Source: an uncultured virus (IMG/VR IMGVR_UViG_3300028888_000009) (lineage: Duplodnaviria > Heunggongvirae > Uroviricota > Caudoviricetes). Taken from it: 20,000 bases of DNA. The stretch is taken from the IMG/VR virus record IMGVR_UViG_3300028888_000009; one strand, given 5' to 3'. A model generated the notes under the pieces. That model saw only the letters and a program-made list of their open reading frames with translations. It made no database searches and was not told the origin of the DNA. Position numbers and translations under genes: made by a program. This document shows positions 7,787 through 15,382 of this stretch, piece after piece (the first letter of the stretch is position 1; each line of letters opens with the position of its first letter).

Positions 7787-8170
7787 TTACATGTAACGGC
7801 CTCTCGCGTCACGCATCCTGCGCTCCATCATGCGGTCGTCTCGTTCATTCCATTCGCGTCTGTGCTGGTCTCCGTAACCATCCATGCGGTTGCCATAGCG
7901 TCCGTACATACGGCTGCCATAACCGTCACGCATACCCATGTCGTCGTAACGACGCTCGCCGTACTGCGACTCCATGTCATCGGAGATTTCACACATCTTC
8001 TTCACAGCCTTGAAAGCCTTCTCAGCACCTTCAACGACCATCTTCATGTCGCCACTCTCGACGGCATCCATGACCATCTCAATGCCTTCCTTGGCTTTCT
8101 TGCCTGCTTCCTTGTATTCCTCGACACCACCGTTGTCTCGGTTGCCGTATCGCATCATCACATAACCCAT
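7787..8170 (-). CDS. Met/Gly/Arg/Tyr-rich hypothetical protein ending RDARGRYM
   Basis: Start MGYVMMRYG (ATG 8170). Helical N-half and a low-complexity C-half with repeated (R/D)xYG units. Confidence 0.7.
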   Translation of the reverse strand: MGYVMMRYGNRDNGGVEEYKEAGKKAKEGIEMVMDAVESGDMKMVVEGAEKAFKAVKKMCEISDDMESQYGERRYDDMGMRDGYGSRMYGRYGNRMDGYGDQHRREWNERDDRMMERRMRDARGRYM

Positions 8171-8174
8171 AGCC

Positions 8175-8705
8175 TTATTCCTTTCCTTTCTTTGGTGCAA
8201 GGGCTTGCTGCAAGAGCGAGGTAAGCTGGTCAATCTTGGCGTTCTGCTCGGCAATGATGCCGCCAAACTCCTTCTTGATAGCCTCCACCTGCTTCGCGTT
8301 CTGCATCTCAGCGTTGCGCACTGGGTCTCTCATCGTAATCTGCTCGTCACACCACTCAGAGCCTTTCTTGAACTCGTCTTGGTGGCTGATGAGATAGTCG
8401 TAGTTCGCCTTCGTTGACTTCAGTTCGTTCAGCAGGGCATTCTCGTCTTGGCACACCACGATGCCGTTGTCTGCGTTCTCAGCCGCCGTCAAGTCAGCGT
8501 AGATGTTGTTGAACACAACCTCTCTCCCCTGCCATCTCACTCTCATGCTCATCACCTGTCTCGGAGGCATCACCCCTTGAGGCGTGACTTGCAAGTTGAA
8601 TTGAGGAGTAGGCGGGGTTACCTGAAGCACCTCGGCCTGCGTGATTGTGTTCTCCTTTCGGTTGAGAATCTGTATTGTCGCTCCTGCATTAAGTTCCCTT
8701 AGCAT
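8175..8705 (-). CDS. Hypothetical protein with C-terminal coiled coil
   Basis: 176-aa ORF in operon order. Beta-rich N-half with a Pro/Gln linker and a heptad-rich C-terminus. Confidence 0.75.
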   Translation of the reverse strand: MLRELNAGATIQILNRKENTITQAEVLQVTPPTPQFNLQVTPQGVMPPRQVMSMRVRWQGREVVFNNIYADLTAAENADNGIVVCQDENALLNELKSTKANYDYLISHQDEFKKGSEWCDEQITMRDPVRNAEMQNAKQVEAIKKEFGGIIAEQNAKIDQLTSLLQQALAPKKGKE

Positions 8706-8727
8706 ATTGTTGGATTTTGGTTATTGG

Positions 8728-9360
8728 TTAGCCATTGTTGGCGGTTGTGGTAGCGGTCACGGGGATACGGGCAGCAAGCGCTGCAATCTGCTGTTGCAGA
8801 AGGGCAATTTGGCCGTTGATGGTGTTGGTCTGAGCCTGGTCACGCAACTGGTTGATGATGTCGTTCTTGGCATCAATCTGCTGCTGCATCTCACGCTCCC
8901 TGATTTGGCAGAAGCCGTCGTTCATTGCCACGGTCTGGTTCTTGATCTCCGAGACGATCTCGTTGGTCTGTTGGCAGGTGGCAAGACGGTTCTCGCAGCA
9001 GCACTGGGAGAGCTGTTGGCTCATGGCAGCGTTGCCTGCTTGGATAGCGTTGGTCACTTGCAGCGGGTTAGTGGCGTTGCTGATGGCGATGTTGCCAAGC
9101 GTGGAGTTGATGCCAGCCACTTGCATGCCGACATTGCCGACAGCGTTCATGATAAGGTCAGCGTTGTTGTTGGCAGTGGCCTGTGCGCCGAGGGCAGCAG
9201 CAGCGGCATTGCCATTGCCATTGCCACCCCAACCGCCGAAGCCGCCACCGAACAAAGCACCACCGAGGATACCGCCAAGGAAGCCAGGGACGATGCCGCC
9301 CCAACCACCATAGCCGTAGCCACCGTTACCATCGAAATTGTAAACTTGAGGTTGTTCCAT
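8728..9360 (-). CDS. Gly-rich/coiled-coil 'QCCC' protein (glycine-zipper N-terminus)
   Basis: Start MEQPQ (ATG 9360). Contains GGWGGIVPGFLGGILGGALFGGGFGGWGG, Asn/Gln/Ala-rich heptads and LSQCCCENRLATC. Confidence 0.75.
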   Translation of the reverse strand: MEQPQVYNFDGNGGYGYGGWGGIVPGFLGGILGGALFGGGFGGWGGNGNGNAAAAALGAQATANNNADLIMNAVGNVGMQVAGINSTLGNIAISNATNPLQVTNAIQAGNAAMSQQLSQCCCENRLATCQQTNEIVSEIKNQTVAMNDGFCQIREREMQQQIDAKNDIINQLRDQAQTNTINGQIALLQQQIAALAARIPVTATTTANNG

Positions 9361-9394
9361 AGTATTTCGGTTTTTCGTTAATAAATAAGGTTGC

Positions 9395-9447
9395 GCAAAG
9401 ATGCACAACCTTACATGCTTTCAATCCGTAAAAACTCCGAAACGAAA
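9395..9447 (-). promoter_or_regulatory. Putative phage late promoter, copy 1
   Basis: Minus strand TTTCGTTTCGGAGTTTTTACGGATT...GTTGTGCATCTTTGC. Ungapped match of 38/53 nt to 14767-14819. CAnnTTTG resembles the Bacteroidetes -7 element TAnnTTTG. Confidence 0.65.
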
Positions 9448-9456
9448 CTGTGTATT

Positions 9457-10002
9457 TTACTCCACAGGAGGATGATGTATTATCTCGGTAATACCACGAT
9501 AACTACTACCTCCACTATATCCTGTCAGCTGTATGTATGCTTGGTAGTCAACTTTCCCTAAGTTCTGAGAAGTATAGACCGACACATAAACCAAATACCT
9601 CCCGCTTTGACCAGGGTCTCCCGTAGGTTCCATCTGACCCGACCAATCCGCAAAGTCATGATTCCCATTGTGAACGTAATACACCCTCGTTATCTCAAAC
9701 CTGCTTGCATCCGTTCCTCCAACCTCAACCTCAAGGTACTTGCTATTGGTATAGAATGCAACAGACAATCCAACTTCATGGCTCTGCAACTCTGCCTCGT
9801 CCTGCAAGGCTTGTACAAACTCTTGCCCGTTTTGGTTGACTTGCAGATAAGCCTGCCCGCCGTGATCGCCTTCTATGTCAAACTCCTTGTTCCTATTATT
9901 ACGCCCAAAGTATTCGGCATTGATGGACACACTCAATAGGCCGTCGCCAGATGTATCATTGTGGTCGTCAATGACAACAAAATCGTAAACCGTACTACTC
10001 AT
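9457..10002 (-). CDS. BACON-like (Ig-fold) protein, paralog of 10015-10695; putative fibre tip/cap
   Basis: Shares DDH..TSG.G, Y.GR..R, TNS and DPG motifs with the upstream gene but lacks its C-terminal half-domain. Confidence 0.6.
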   Translation of the reverse strand: MSSTVYDFVVIDDHNDTSGDGLLSVSINAEYFGRNNRNKEFDIEGDHGGQAYLQVNQNGQEFVQALQDEAELQSHEVGLSVAFYTNSKYLEVEVGGTDASRFEITRVYYVHNGNHDFADWSGQMEPTGDPGQSGRYLVYVSVYTSQNLGKVDYQAYIQLTGYSGGSSYRGITEIIHHPPVE

Positions 10003-10014
10003 AGAACATCCTCC

Positions 10015-10695
10015 TTAATGTACGTTGACTTCCCAATTGTCGTTTGACAATACATCCACATCAACACTGGCCTGCCCATCGCTATACCCAGCGGCACTGA
10101 AAGTGATTATCTTTGACGACGTTCCTTCATCGTCGAGCCATAGATAACTATCTCCAGCAGCTTGTATGATATTGCAAGAACCGGTCACACCCTGTGAGCC
10201 AGTAGCCATCAAAGTGCAGTATCTTGAGTTCATGGTTGCGTTAGCAGCTATGGTAACGACTATGGTAAAAGCAATCTCCTGCGTGGCACCAGGGTCATTT
10301 GCAAACGTCTGGCCACTCACGGATTGGTTGCCTATAGTCTGACCTCCGAAGTTAATGCTGAAATAAGTCGGCAATGTGCCGATGCTATCAGCATCCACCG
10401 TCAAGGCAAAGTCAAGTCGTGGCGAGTTTGTCTTACCAGTAATGGTAATCTGACCTCCTGCCGCCGTTGCTTGGTACGACGCTTGGTTGAACTGCACATA
10501 TTCTGGTTTAGGTAATTGGATAAACTCCACAGTTGCCGTCTTCGGATTTGTTTCAATGGTTGTAATTGTGGTGTAGCCAGTTCGCTGCAAACGGCCTTTG
10601 TAGACTCCCTGACAGATATGCGTTACATAGCCGTTACCGCTTGTCGCTCCGTGGTCGTCTACAGTCATCCAAGATACATCGGTATAGATTGACAT
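10015..10695 (-). CDS. BACON-domain protein with split (circularly permuted) terminal domain
   Basis: N-terminus SWMTV..GATSGNG..KGRLQRTGYTTI..TVEFIQ matches a BACON C-half. A central full domain ends AAN..SR..TL...IIQ. C-terminus YLWLD..ITFSAAG..VDVDVLSNDNWEV matches a BACON N-half. Confidence 0.7.
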   Translation of the reverse strand: MSIYTDVSWMTVDDHGATSGNGYVTHICQGVYKGRLQRTGYTTITTIETNPKTATVEFIQLPKPEYVQFNQASYQATAAGGQITITGKTNSPRLDFALTVDADSIGTLPTYFSINFGGQTIGNQSVSGQTFANDPGATQEIAFTIVVTIAANATMNSRYCTLMATGSQGVTGSCNIIQAAGDSYLWLDDEGTSSKIITFSAAGYSDGQASVDVDVLSNDNWEVNVH

Positions 10696-10708
10696 GTTTT
10701 TTTTCTCC

Positions 10709-11569
10709 TTATTGTTGTTGGTTGAATCTCTCTCCGATAGGCGGGTTCAGTCTCGCATAGTCGGGGTCGATGTAGAACGGCTGCACCGCCATGCGGTCGT
10801 ACAATGCTGCCTCCTGCGCCCTGCCGATGCCCCTAAGCACATTGGCCGTGATTTGGTTGAGGCAAGGATAACGCAAAGGCTCGCATATCTTCACATAGGC
10901 ACCATCGCCGTCACCGAACTTCTTCGGCTCGGGAACGTACTGGCCATACATCATCACCTCCACATTCGATGTGCATGAGTAAAGCTCAAGGAACGGATAA
11001 CCGCTCTGATGCACCAAGGCTCCAACAGGCTTCGTGTTGGTGCCACGAAGGTATCTGTTGGTCTGCTTGCGGTATTCTGCGCTGTCCTCGTTGACAACGG
11101 TCTGAATGGGTCGCTCCCAATCGCTCATCTGCAAGGTGATGAGGCGCAAGAAATCGCCAGGCAACGGCATGAGATACTTGTAACTCTGCATCTGCAACTG
11201 CCTATCTGGTTGCCCTTCGTTCACTTCCACTTCCCAACTCGTAACGGTACGCACAACCACGTTGATAGAGCCGCCCTCGGGAGGGAAGATGAGTGTCTGC
11301 GGATTCACATCAAGGACATTCACTTCCTCTCTGCCATACTCCGCAAACGGCTGGCATTTGTCGTCAAACAACTCACCATCCTTCAGCAACACGTTGGGCG
11401 AATCAAGGTGCATCTTGCGCACCGACGGAAGCACCGATGCCTCAATCTCCTTCTCCAAGTCCTCTACGGCTTGGTCTGAGGCCACAAGCATGGCATCCTC
11501 GTTGTTCGACAACTCGTCCAACTTGGCCTTCACATAATGGAATATGTCGCTGTAAGATAGTTGTGTCAT
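10709..11569 (-). CDS. Putative head-tail adaptor/connector protein with an inserted half-BACON segment
   Basis: Two genes downstream of the MCP. Helical N-terminus (VKAKLDE), LPGDFLRL..MSDWERP and RGT..KPV motifs, helical C-terminus. Internal LDVNPQTLIFPPEGGSINVVVRTVTSWEV. Confidence 0.55.
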   Translation of the reverse strand: MTQLSYSDIFHYVKAKLDELSNNEDAMLVASDQAVEDLEKEIEASVLPSVRKMHLDSPNVLLKDGELFDDKCQPFAEYGREEVNVLDVNPQTLIFPPEGGSINVVVRTVTSWEVEVNEGQPDRQLQMQSYKYLMPLPGDFLRLITLQMSDWERPIQTVVNEDSAEYRKQTNRYLRGTNTKPVGALVHQSGYPFLELYSCTSNVEVMMYGQYVPEPKKFGDGDGAYVKICEPLRYPCLNQITANVLRGIGRAQEAALYDRMAVQPFYIDPDYARLNPPIGERFNQQQ

Positions 11570-11575
11570 GGTTCT

Positions 11576-11965
11576 TTAGAGTTGTAGGTTGGGGAATGAC
11601 AAGCCAAGTTTGGCAATCTGCGCCTTCAATGCGTTGGGCGAGATGACGCTCTTCGGGTTGATGCTGTACTCCTTCTCCAAGAAGGCTCTCGCATCGGCAA
11701 GCGAAGTCACGTTGTCTGCCGTCAACTCGGGTTCTTCCACAGGCTCTTCGATTAGGATTTTGCTCTTGAGGAAGATGCGTTTGCCAAACATGGGCGAGTT
11801 CTCAATCACAAACTGCACCAAGGTGTCTTCCGTGTCGAGCGTGGCGTTCTCGTTGTCACGCATGTTGCCGTTCACGAAGTGGGCATCCACCATGATGTCG
11901 CCAAGGCGAATCGGGATTCTCGCTTCGTTGGCTCTTGTCATATAGGTCTTTCTGTAATGTGCCAT
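11576..11965 (-). CDS. Hypothetical head-associated protein
   Basis: 129-aa ORF immediately after the MCP terminator, with a C-terminal small helical domain (SLADARAFLEKEY...LGLSFPNL). Confidence 0.65.
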   Translation of the reverse strand: MAHYRKTYMTRANEARIPIRLGDIMVDAHFVNGNMRDNENATLDTEDTLVQFVIENSPMFGKRIFLKSKILIEEPVEEPELTADNVTSLADARAFLEKEYSINPKSVISPNALKAQIAKLGLSFPNLQL

Positions 11966-11995
11966 TGTTTCTCTTTTTTAGGTTGTGTGTTTTTT

Positions 11996-12030
11996 CAAAA
12001 GTAGGACTGCCCACCGAAGCAGGCAGTCCT
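11996..12030 (-). terminator. Rho-independent terminator/attenuator after the major capsid gene
   Basis: AGGACTGCCTGC-TTCG-GTGGGCAGTCCT-ACTTTTG: a 12-bp stem with a cUUCGg loop and short U-tract, 13 nt after the MCP stop. Confidence 0.75.
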
Positions 12031-12043
12031 TATCGTATGGAGA

Positions 12044-13765
12044 TTAGGCAGTGATGGCACCGCTGTATTTCTCCCATTTGGTCTCCTGAGCATTCCACTT
12101 GACGATGGTGCCAGCGGAGAAACCAGTACCGCCAGTGTTGTCGTCATCGGTCTCAAGGTACACCAACAGGCCGTCAGCCCAAGTGGTAGGTGCGCCAGTG
12201 GCACCACCACCGACATACATCTTCGGAGTGGTTGCGGCTTGGCCGTTACCATCGGTGGTGAGCTTGCTGAGGGTGTAGTACACAGCACCGACCTTCTTGT
12301 TGAAGGTGTAGATGTCGCTGCGGTTGTCGTACACGGTGTCGATACCCATAATCTTGTCGGCGGGGCCAACGAGGATGGAGTTGTAGCCGCGAAGCATAAC
12401 GCAGTCAATCTTGATGTAACGGTCGCGGTCGGCCTCAACGGGTTCCTTGCCGCCCTTGCTCAAGTCTTCCTTGCTCTTCTCACCGACATTGGGCTTCTTC
12501 CAGTAGTGGACAGCGTTCTTCATGTCTATGATCATGGCGCAGTTCTCATAACCCATTTCGTCAAGGATGGGGCAGAGCTTGAAGTTCAGCGTACCGAAGG
12601 TGGTCTTGAATTGGGTAATGTCAACACCATACTTGGTTTGGGTAGCCATCACGTTGGTTTGGGCAACCTTGGTGAAGTCAAGGTTAAGCAGCTGTTCGAT
12701 GAAACCATAGGAGCAGTACACCTCGGCCTCGTTGGAAGCACTCCACTTGCCAAACTGCATCTTCGACATGGCGATGATGTCCTTGTAGGTAATGGCATCT
12801 GTGGTCACATACTTCATAAGGAGTTGGGTGAGGACACCTTCCTCATAGTAGCAGTTCAAGTCGCCAAGGATGTCGTCGTGTTCGACCAGCATACCGCCAG
12901 CACCAACGAGTTTGGTACGCTCGTTCTCCTGACGGAAGGTCATCATGGCATTGTCGGCGATGTCGTCAGTGAAGTAAGGCACGTTCTTTTTCTTAACCTT
13001 CCACTCTTTCTCAATAGTGGTGTTCATGATTTTCTTCTGCAAGTTGGCATCAACGAACACGGGCGTTTGGTTCTTCGGGCTAACAACCAGCTGCGCGGTG
13101 TGGCAAGCGGTGGCCAGCATTTGGAACTTGGTGCCAGCGGGGATGGCATCGTGAATCACATGGGCAGTGCCGCTCCAATAACCGTTGACGGGAACGCAGA
13201 TGATACCATCGGAAGCACGGCCAACGACTTTCAGCATCAGTTCGCCATCGGCAATGTTGTTGCTGTTGACGTACTTGTAGCCAGGAATGCCCTTGGCGAT
13301 GAAGGTCTGCGACTTGCCGAACATACGAGCGTTGGCGGCAGTCACGTTGTAACTCGAACCAGAGCCGATAGACAGGGTGATTTCAGTGGGCGTACCCGTA
13401 GCAGCAATGTTCTTGTTGTTAGTGCAGTCCATCAGAGGCGTAGCCATCGTCGGGTGCTTAACGGTGTAGTCCTTCACCTGCTTCTGACGAGCCAGTCTTT
13501 CAACGTCGGTCGAGAAGGTGTAGTTGAACGGGCGAAACTTGGTGACAAGTTCGTCGATCTCGTCGTCATTGATGTCGCTATCTTTGACGACCTTTTCGGT
13601 AGCAGGCGTACCCGTAAGGTCGGTGTTCAAGTCCTTAGTATCGGGGTCAGCCGGGCGGTCAATAGGCTCGTTGTCGCCAACGGCAACAGCAGCCATCGAG
13701 AGGTCGGCACCGAAAGCCAGTGCCAACATGGTCAGCATGAAGCTGAGTAGTCTGAATTTCTTCAT
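12044..13765 (-). CDS. Major capsid protein (HK97-fold presumed) with N-terminal hydrophobic leader and C-terminal extension
   Basis: Largest gene after the scaffold, with strong codon bias and a downstream terminator. Motifs FRPFNYTFSTD, ENERTKLVG, YYEEGVL, FKTTFGTLNF and CAMIID. Start MKKFRLL at ATG 13765 with an A-rich leader. Confidence 0.75.
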   Translation of the reverse strand: MKKFRLLSFMLTMLALAFGADLSMAAVAVGDNEPIDRPADPDTKDLNTDLTGTPATEKVVKDSDINDDEIDELVTKFRPFNYTFSTDVERLARQKQVKDYTVKHPTMATPLMDCTNNKNIAATGTPTEITLSIGSGSSYNVTAANARMFGKSQTFIAKGIPGYKYVNSNNIADGELMLKVVGRASDGIICVPVNGYWSGTAHVIHDAIPAGTKFQMLATACHTAQLVVSPKNQTPVFVDANLQKKIMNTTIEKEWKVKKKNVPYFTDDIADNAMMTFRQENERTKLVGAGGMLVEHDDILGDLNCYYEEGVLTQLLMKYVTTDAITYKDIIAMSKMQFGKWSASNEAEVYCSYGFIEQLLNLDFTKVAQTNVMATQTKYGVDITQFKTTFGTLNFKLCPILDEMGYENCAMIIDMKNAVHYWKKPNVGEKSKEDLSKGGKEPVEADRDRYIKIDCVMLRGYNSILVGPADKIMGIDTVYDNRSDIYTFNKKVGAVYYTLSKLTTDGNGQAATTPKMYVGGGATGAPTTWADGLLVYLETDDDNTGGTGFSAGTIVKWNAQETKWEKYSGAITA

Positions 13766-13797
13766 TTCTCTTTTATTTTGTGTTAGTAATTGAGTTC

Positions 13798-14733
13798 TCA
13801 TTCGTCAAATTCCATGTCTTCGTTACGGAAGGGGTTGCGCACCACCTTCTTGTTCTTCGGTTTCGGCTCGGGTGCCGTGCCGCCTTGTCCTCCGTCAAAG
13901 GTGGGAGGCAGGCCTTGCGGAGCCTTGCCTTTTGCCAAGGTAGCCTGCACCTTGGCGTTGTGTCCTTTCAGTTCACCCTCTTGTCTTGCATTCTCCACAT
14001 CGGCATCGTGGGTGGCTGCTTTTCTCATCATGTCAAACAGCTTGTCGCTGTACTTGCCTTTAAGTCCGTCCGTGTAGAAGTCGTTCATCTGCTGCCACAT
14101 CGCCGCCATCTCTTCCTCTCCGATGTCGTTCTTCTCACAATACTTTGAGAAGCGGCTGATGGTCTCCTTGATGTTGTTCTCGCCTTCCTCGCGGAGTTTC
14201 TTGCTCTCCTCCTGCCCTTTCAGGTAGTTGGTGTACGACTCCGACAGTTTCTTCGACTTCTCGGGGTCGTCGTAGGCTGCAAGGATGTCCTCTTTCGAGA
14301 ATCTTCCAAGCAGGCTCTCAAAGAAGTCCTTGCCGTCTGCCACATCAAGGAACATCCCACCAAACTGCGGATGCTCGCTGATGACCTTGCGGAAGTCGTC
14401 GTCGCTCTTCTTCAACTTGTCGTACTCCTTAGTGCGCTCGTTTTGACGCTTCCAGAACAATTCCTCGTCCGCTTCATCGTCATCCGGATAGTCCTTCTTG
14501 TGACGCTCATAGAACAAGTCCTTCTGCGATTTCTCCTTCTTCTCCTCCTTCGGCTCGTCCTTTTTCTCAGTCTCTTTCTTCTCGGTGTCAGCCTTCTCGG
14601 TTTTCACCTCGTTCTTTTGGGTGTTTTCGGTTGCCGTGTTGGTGGTCTGGGTGCCGCCACCTTCGTTGGTGGTTGCGCTGCCCGATGCACCATTTGCAGT
14701 TGCCGTTGCGCCCGTTGATGATGTACCTTCCAT
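13798..14733 (-). CDS. Capsid scaffolding-like protein
   Basis: Start MEGTSS (ATG 14733). Low-complexity T/G/E/K N-terminus and a highly charged helical body with ARQEGELKGHNAK. Directly upstream of the MCP. Confidence 0.65.
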   Translation of the reverse strand: MEGTSSTGATATANGASGSATTNEGGGTQTTNTATENTQKNEVKTEKADTEKKETEKKDEPKEEKKEKSQKDLFYERHKKDYPDDDEADEELFWKRQNERTKEYDKLKKSDDDFRKVISEHPQFGGMFLDVADGKDFFESLLGRFSKEDILAAYDDPEKSKKLSESYTNYLKGQEESKKLREEGENNIKETISRFSKYCEKNDIGEEEMAAMWQQMNDFYTDGLKGKYSDKLFDMMRKAATHDADVENARQEGELKGHNAKVQATLAKGKAPQGLPPTFDGGQGGTAPEPKPKNKKVVRNPFRNEDMEFDE

Positions 14734-14766
14734 GAGTTGTTGTTGTTTTGGTTTGTGTATTTGTGG

Positions 14767-14819
14767 GCAAAAGTGAACAACTTTAATGGGGATGAATCCG
14801 TAAAAAGTCACAAACGCAA
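14767..14819 (-). promoter_or_regulatory. Putative phage late promoter, copy 2 (drives scaffold-capsid operon)
   Basis: Minus strand TTGCGTTTGTGACTTTTTACGGATT...GTTGTTCACTTTTGC. Same motif and spacing as 9395-9447, 34 nt upstream of the scaffold ATG. Confidence 0.65.
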
Positions 14820-14857
14820 AGCCCTGCTTGAAAAAAATCGAACTTTTTTCTTACTTA

Positions 14858-14890
14858 TTTAGAATTATTCCAAATAAATATCTATCTTTG
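14858..14890 (+). promoter_or_regulatory. Bacteroidetes sigma-A type promoter for the terminase operon
   Basis: TATCTTTG at 14883-14890 matches the TAnnTTTG -7 consensus. TTTA at 14858-14861 is a -33-like element. AT-rich context, about 50 nt before ATG 14942. Confidence 0.65.
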
Positions 14891-14941
14891 CCCTCAAAAG
14901 TACGTATTACGTACTATCCTAAAACTGAACTATTCGACAAG

Positions 14942-15382
14942 ATGGCTGCGAAGAAACGAGAATCAGTCTACGAGTTCAAGGAACGCTACGACGACTTGAA
15001 CAGGGCGTACAAGGAAGCCCACAAGCAAGGTCACTACGAGACACAATACGAGGCGATGGCGGTGGCGGTCAACATGCCGTCATGCCGCTTCTGGGTGTCG
15101 GCAGAGAGGCTGTCGGAGGTGATAGCCGCCTTCGACGCCGGCAACGACATCCGTGTGAGCCACCGAAGTCCGCGCTACGAGATGTACGAGGAGCTTTACA
15201 AACGCTACCTCGCTTACAAGGCCGAGCATCCCGACATGAACAAGATTGACATCTGCGAGGAGGTCATCTGGCAACCCGCTCCGAAGTTCTATATGCGGCC
15301 TTCGTGGGGACTGAAGATTCTCTATCGTGGCCGTGAGAAGCGTCCACGTAAACACCACCACCGCAAAAACGAGACGGAATGA
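14942..15382 (+). CDS. Hypothetical protein, possible DNA-binding late-transcription regulator
   Basis: Start MAAKKR (ATG 14942). Two internally repeated helical units ending AVNMPSCRFWVS and VIWQPAPKFYMR, with a basic C-tail. First gene of the divergent operon. Confidence 0.55.
   Translation: MAAKKRESVYEFKERYDDLNRAYKEAHKQGHYETQYEAMAVAVNMPSCRFWVSAERLSEVIAAFDAGNDIRVSHRSPRYEMYEELYKRYLAYKAEHPDMNKIDICEEVIWQPAPKFYMRPSWGLKILYRGREKRPRKHHHRKNETE

Noticed and set aside
8641..9381. Plus-strand ORFs (246 aa and 153 aa) over the QCCC gene
   Set aside because: These are antisense shadows of a low-complexity, GC-rich gene with no independent signals.
12239..13750. 503-aa plus-strand ORF antisense to the capsid gene
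   Set aside because: It is a codon-register mirror of a highly biased gene, rich in V/L/G/D/H as expected for antisense shadows, with no promoter, RBS or motif.
14828..14941. Upstream extensions of ORFs 14828..15382 and 13798..14811
   Set aside because: They run through the AT-rich divergent promoter region. ATG 14942 and ATG 14733 fit the promoter positions and leader composition better.
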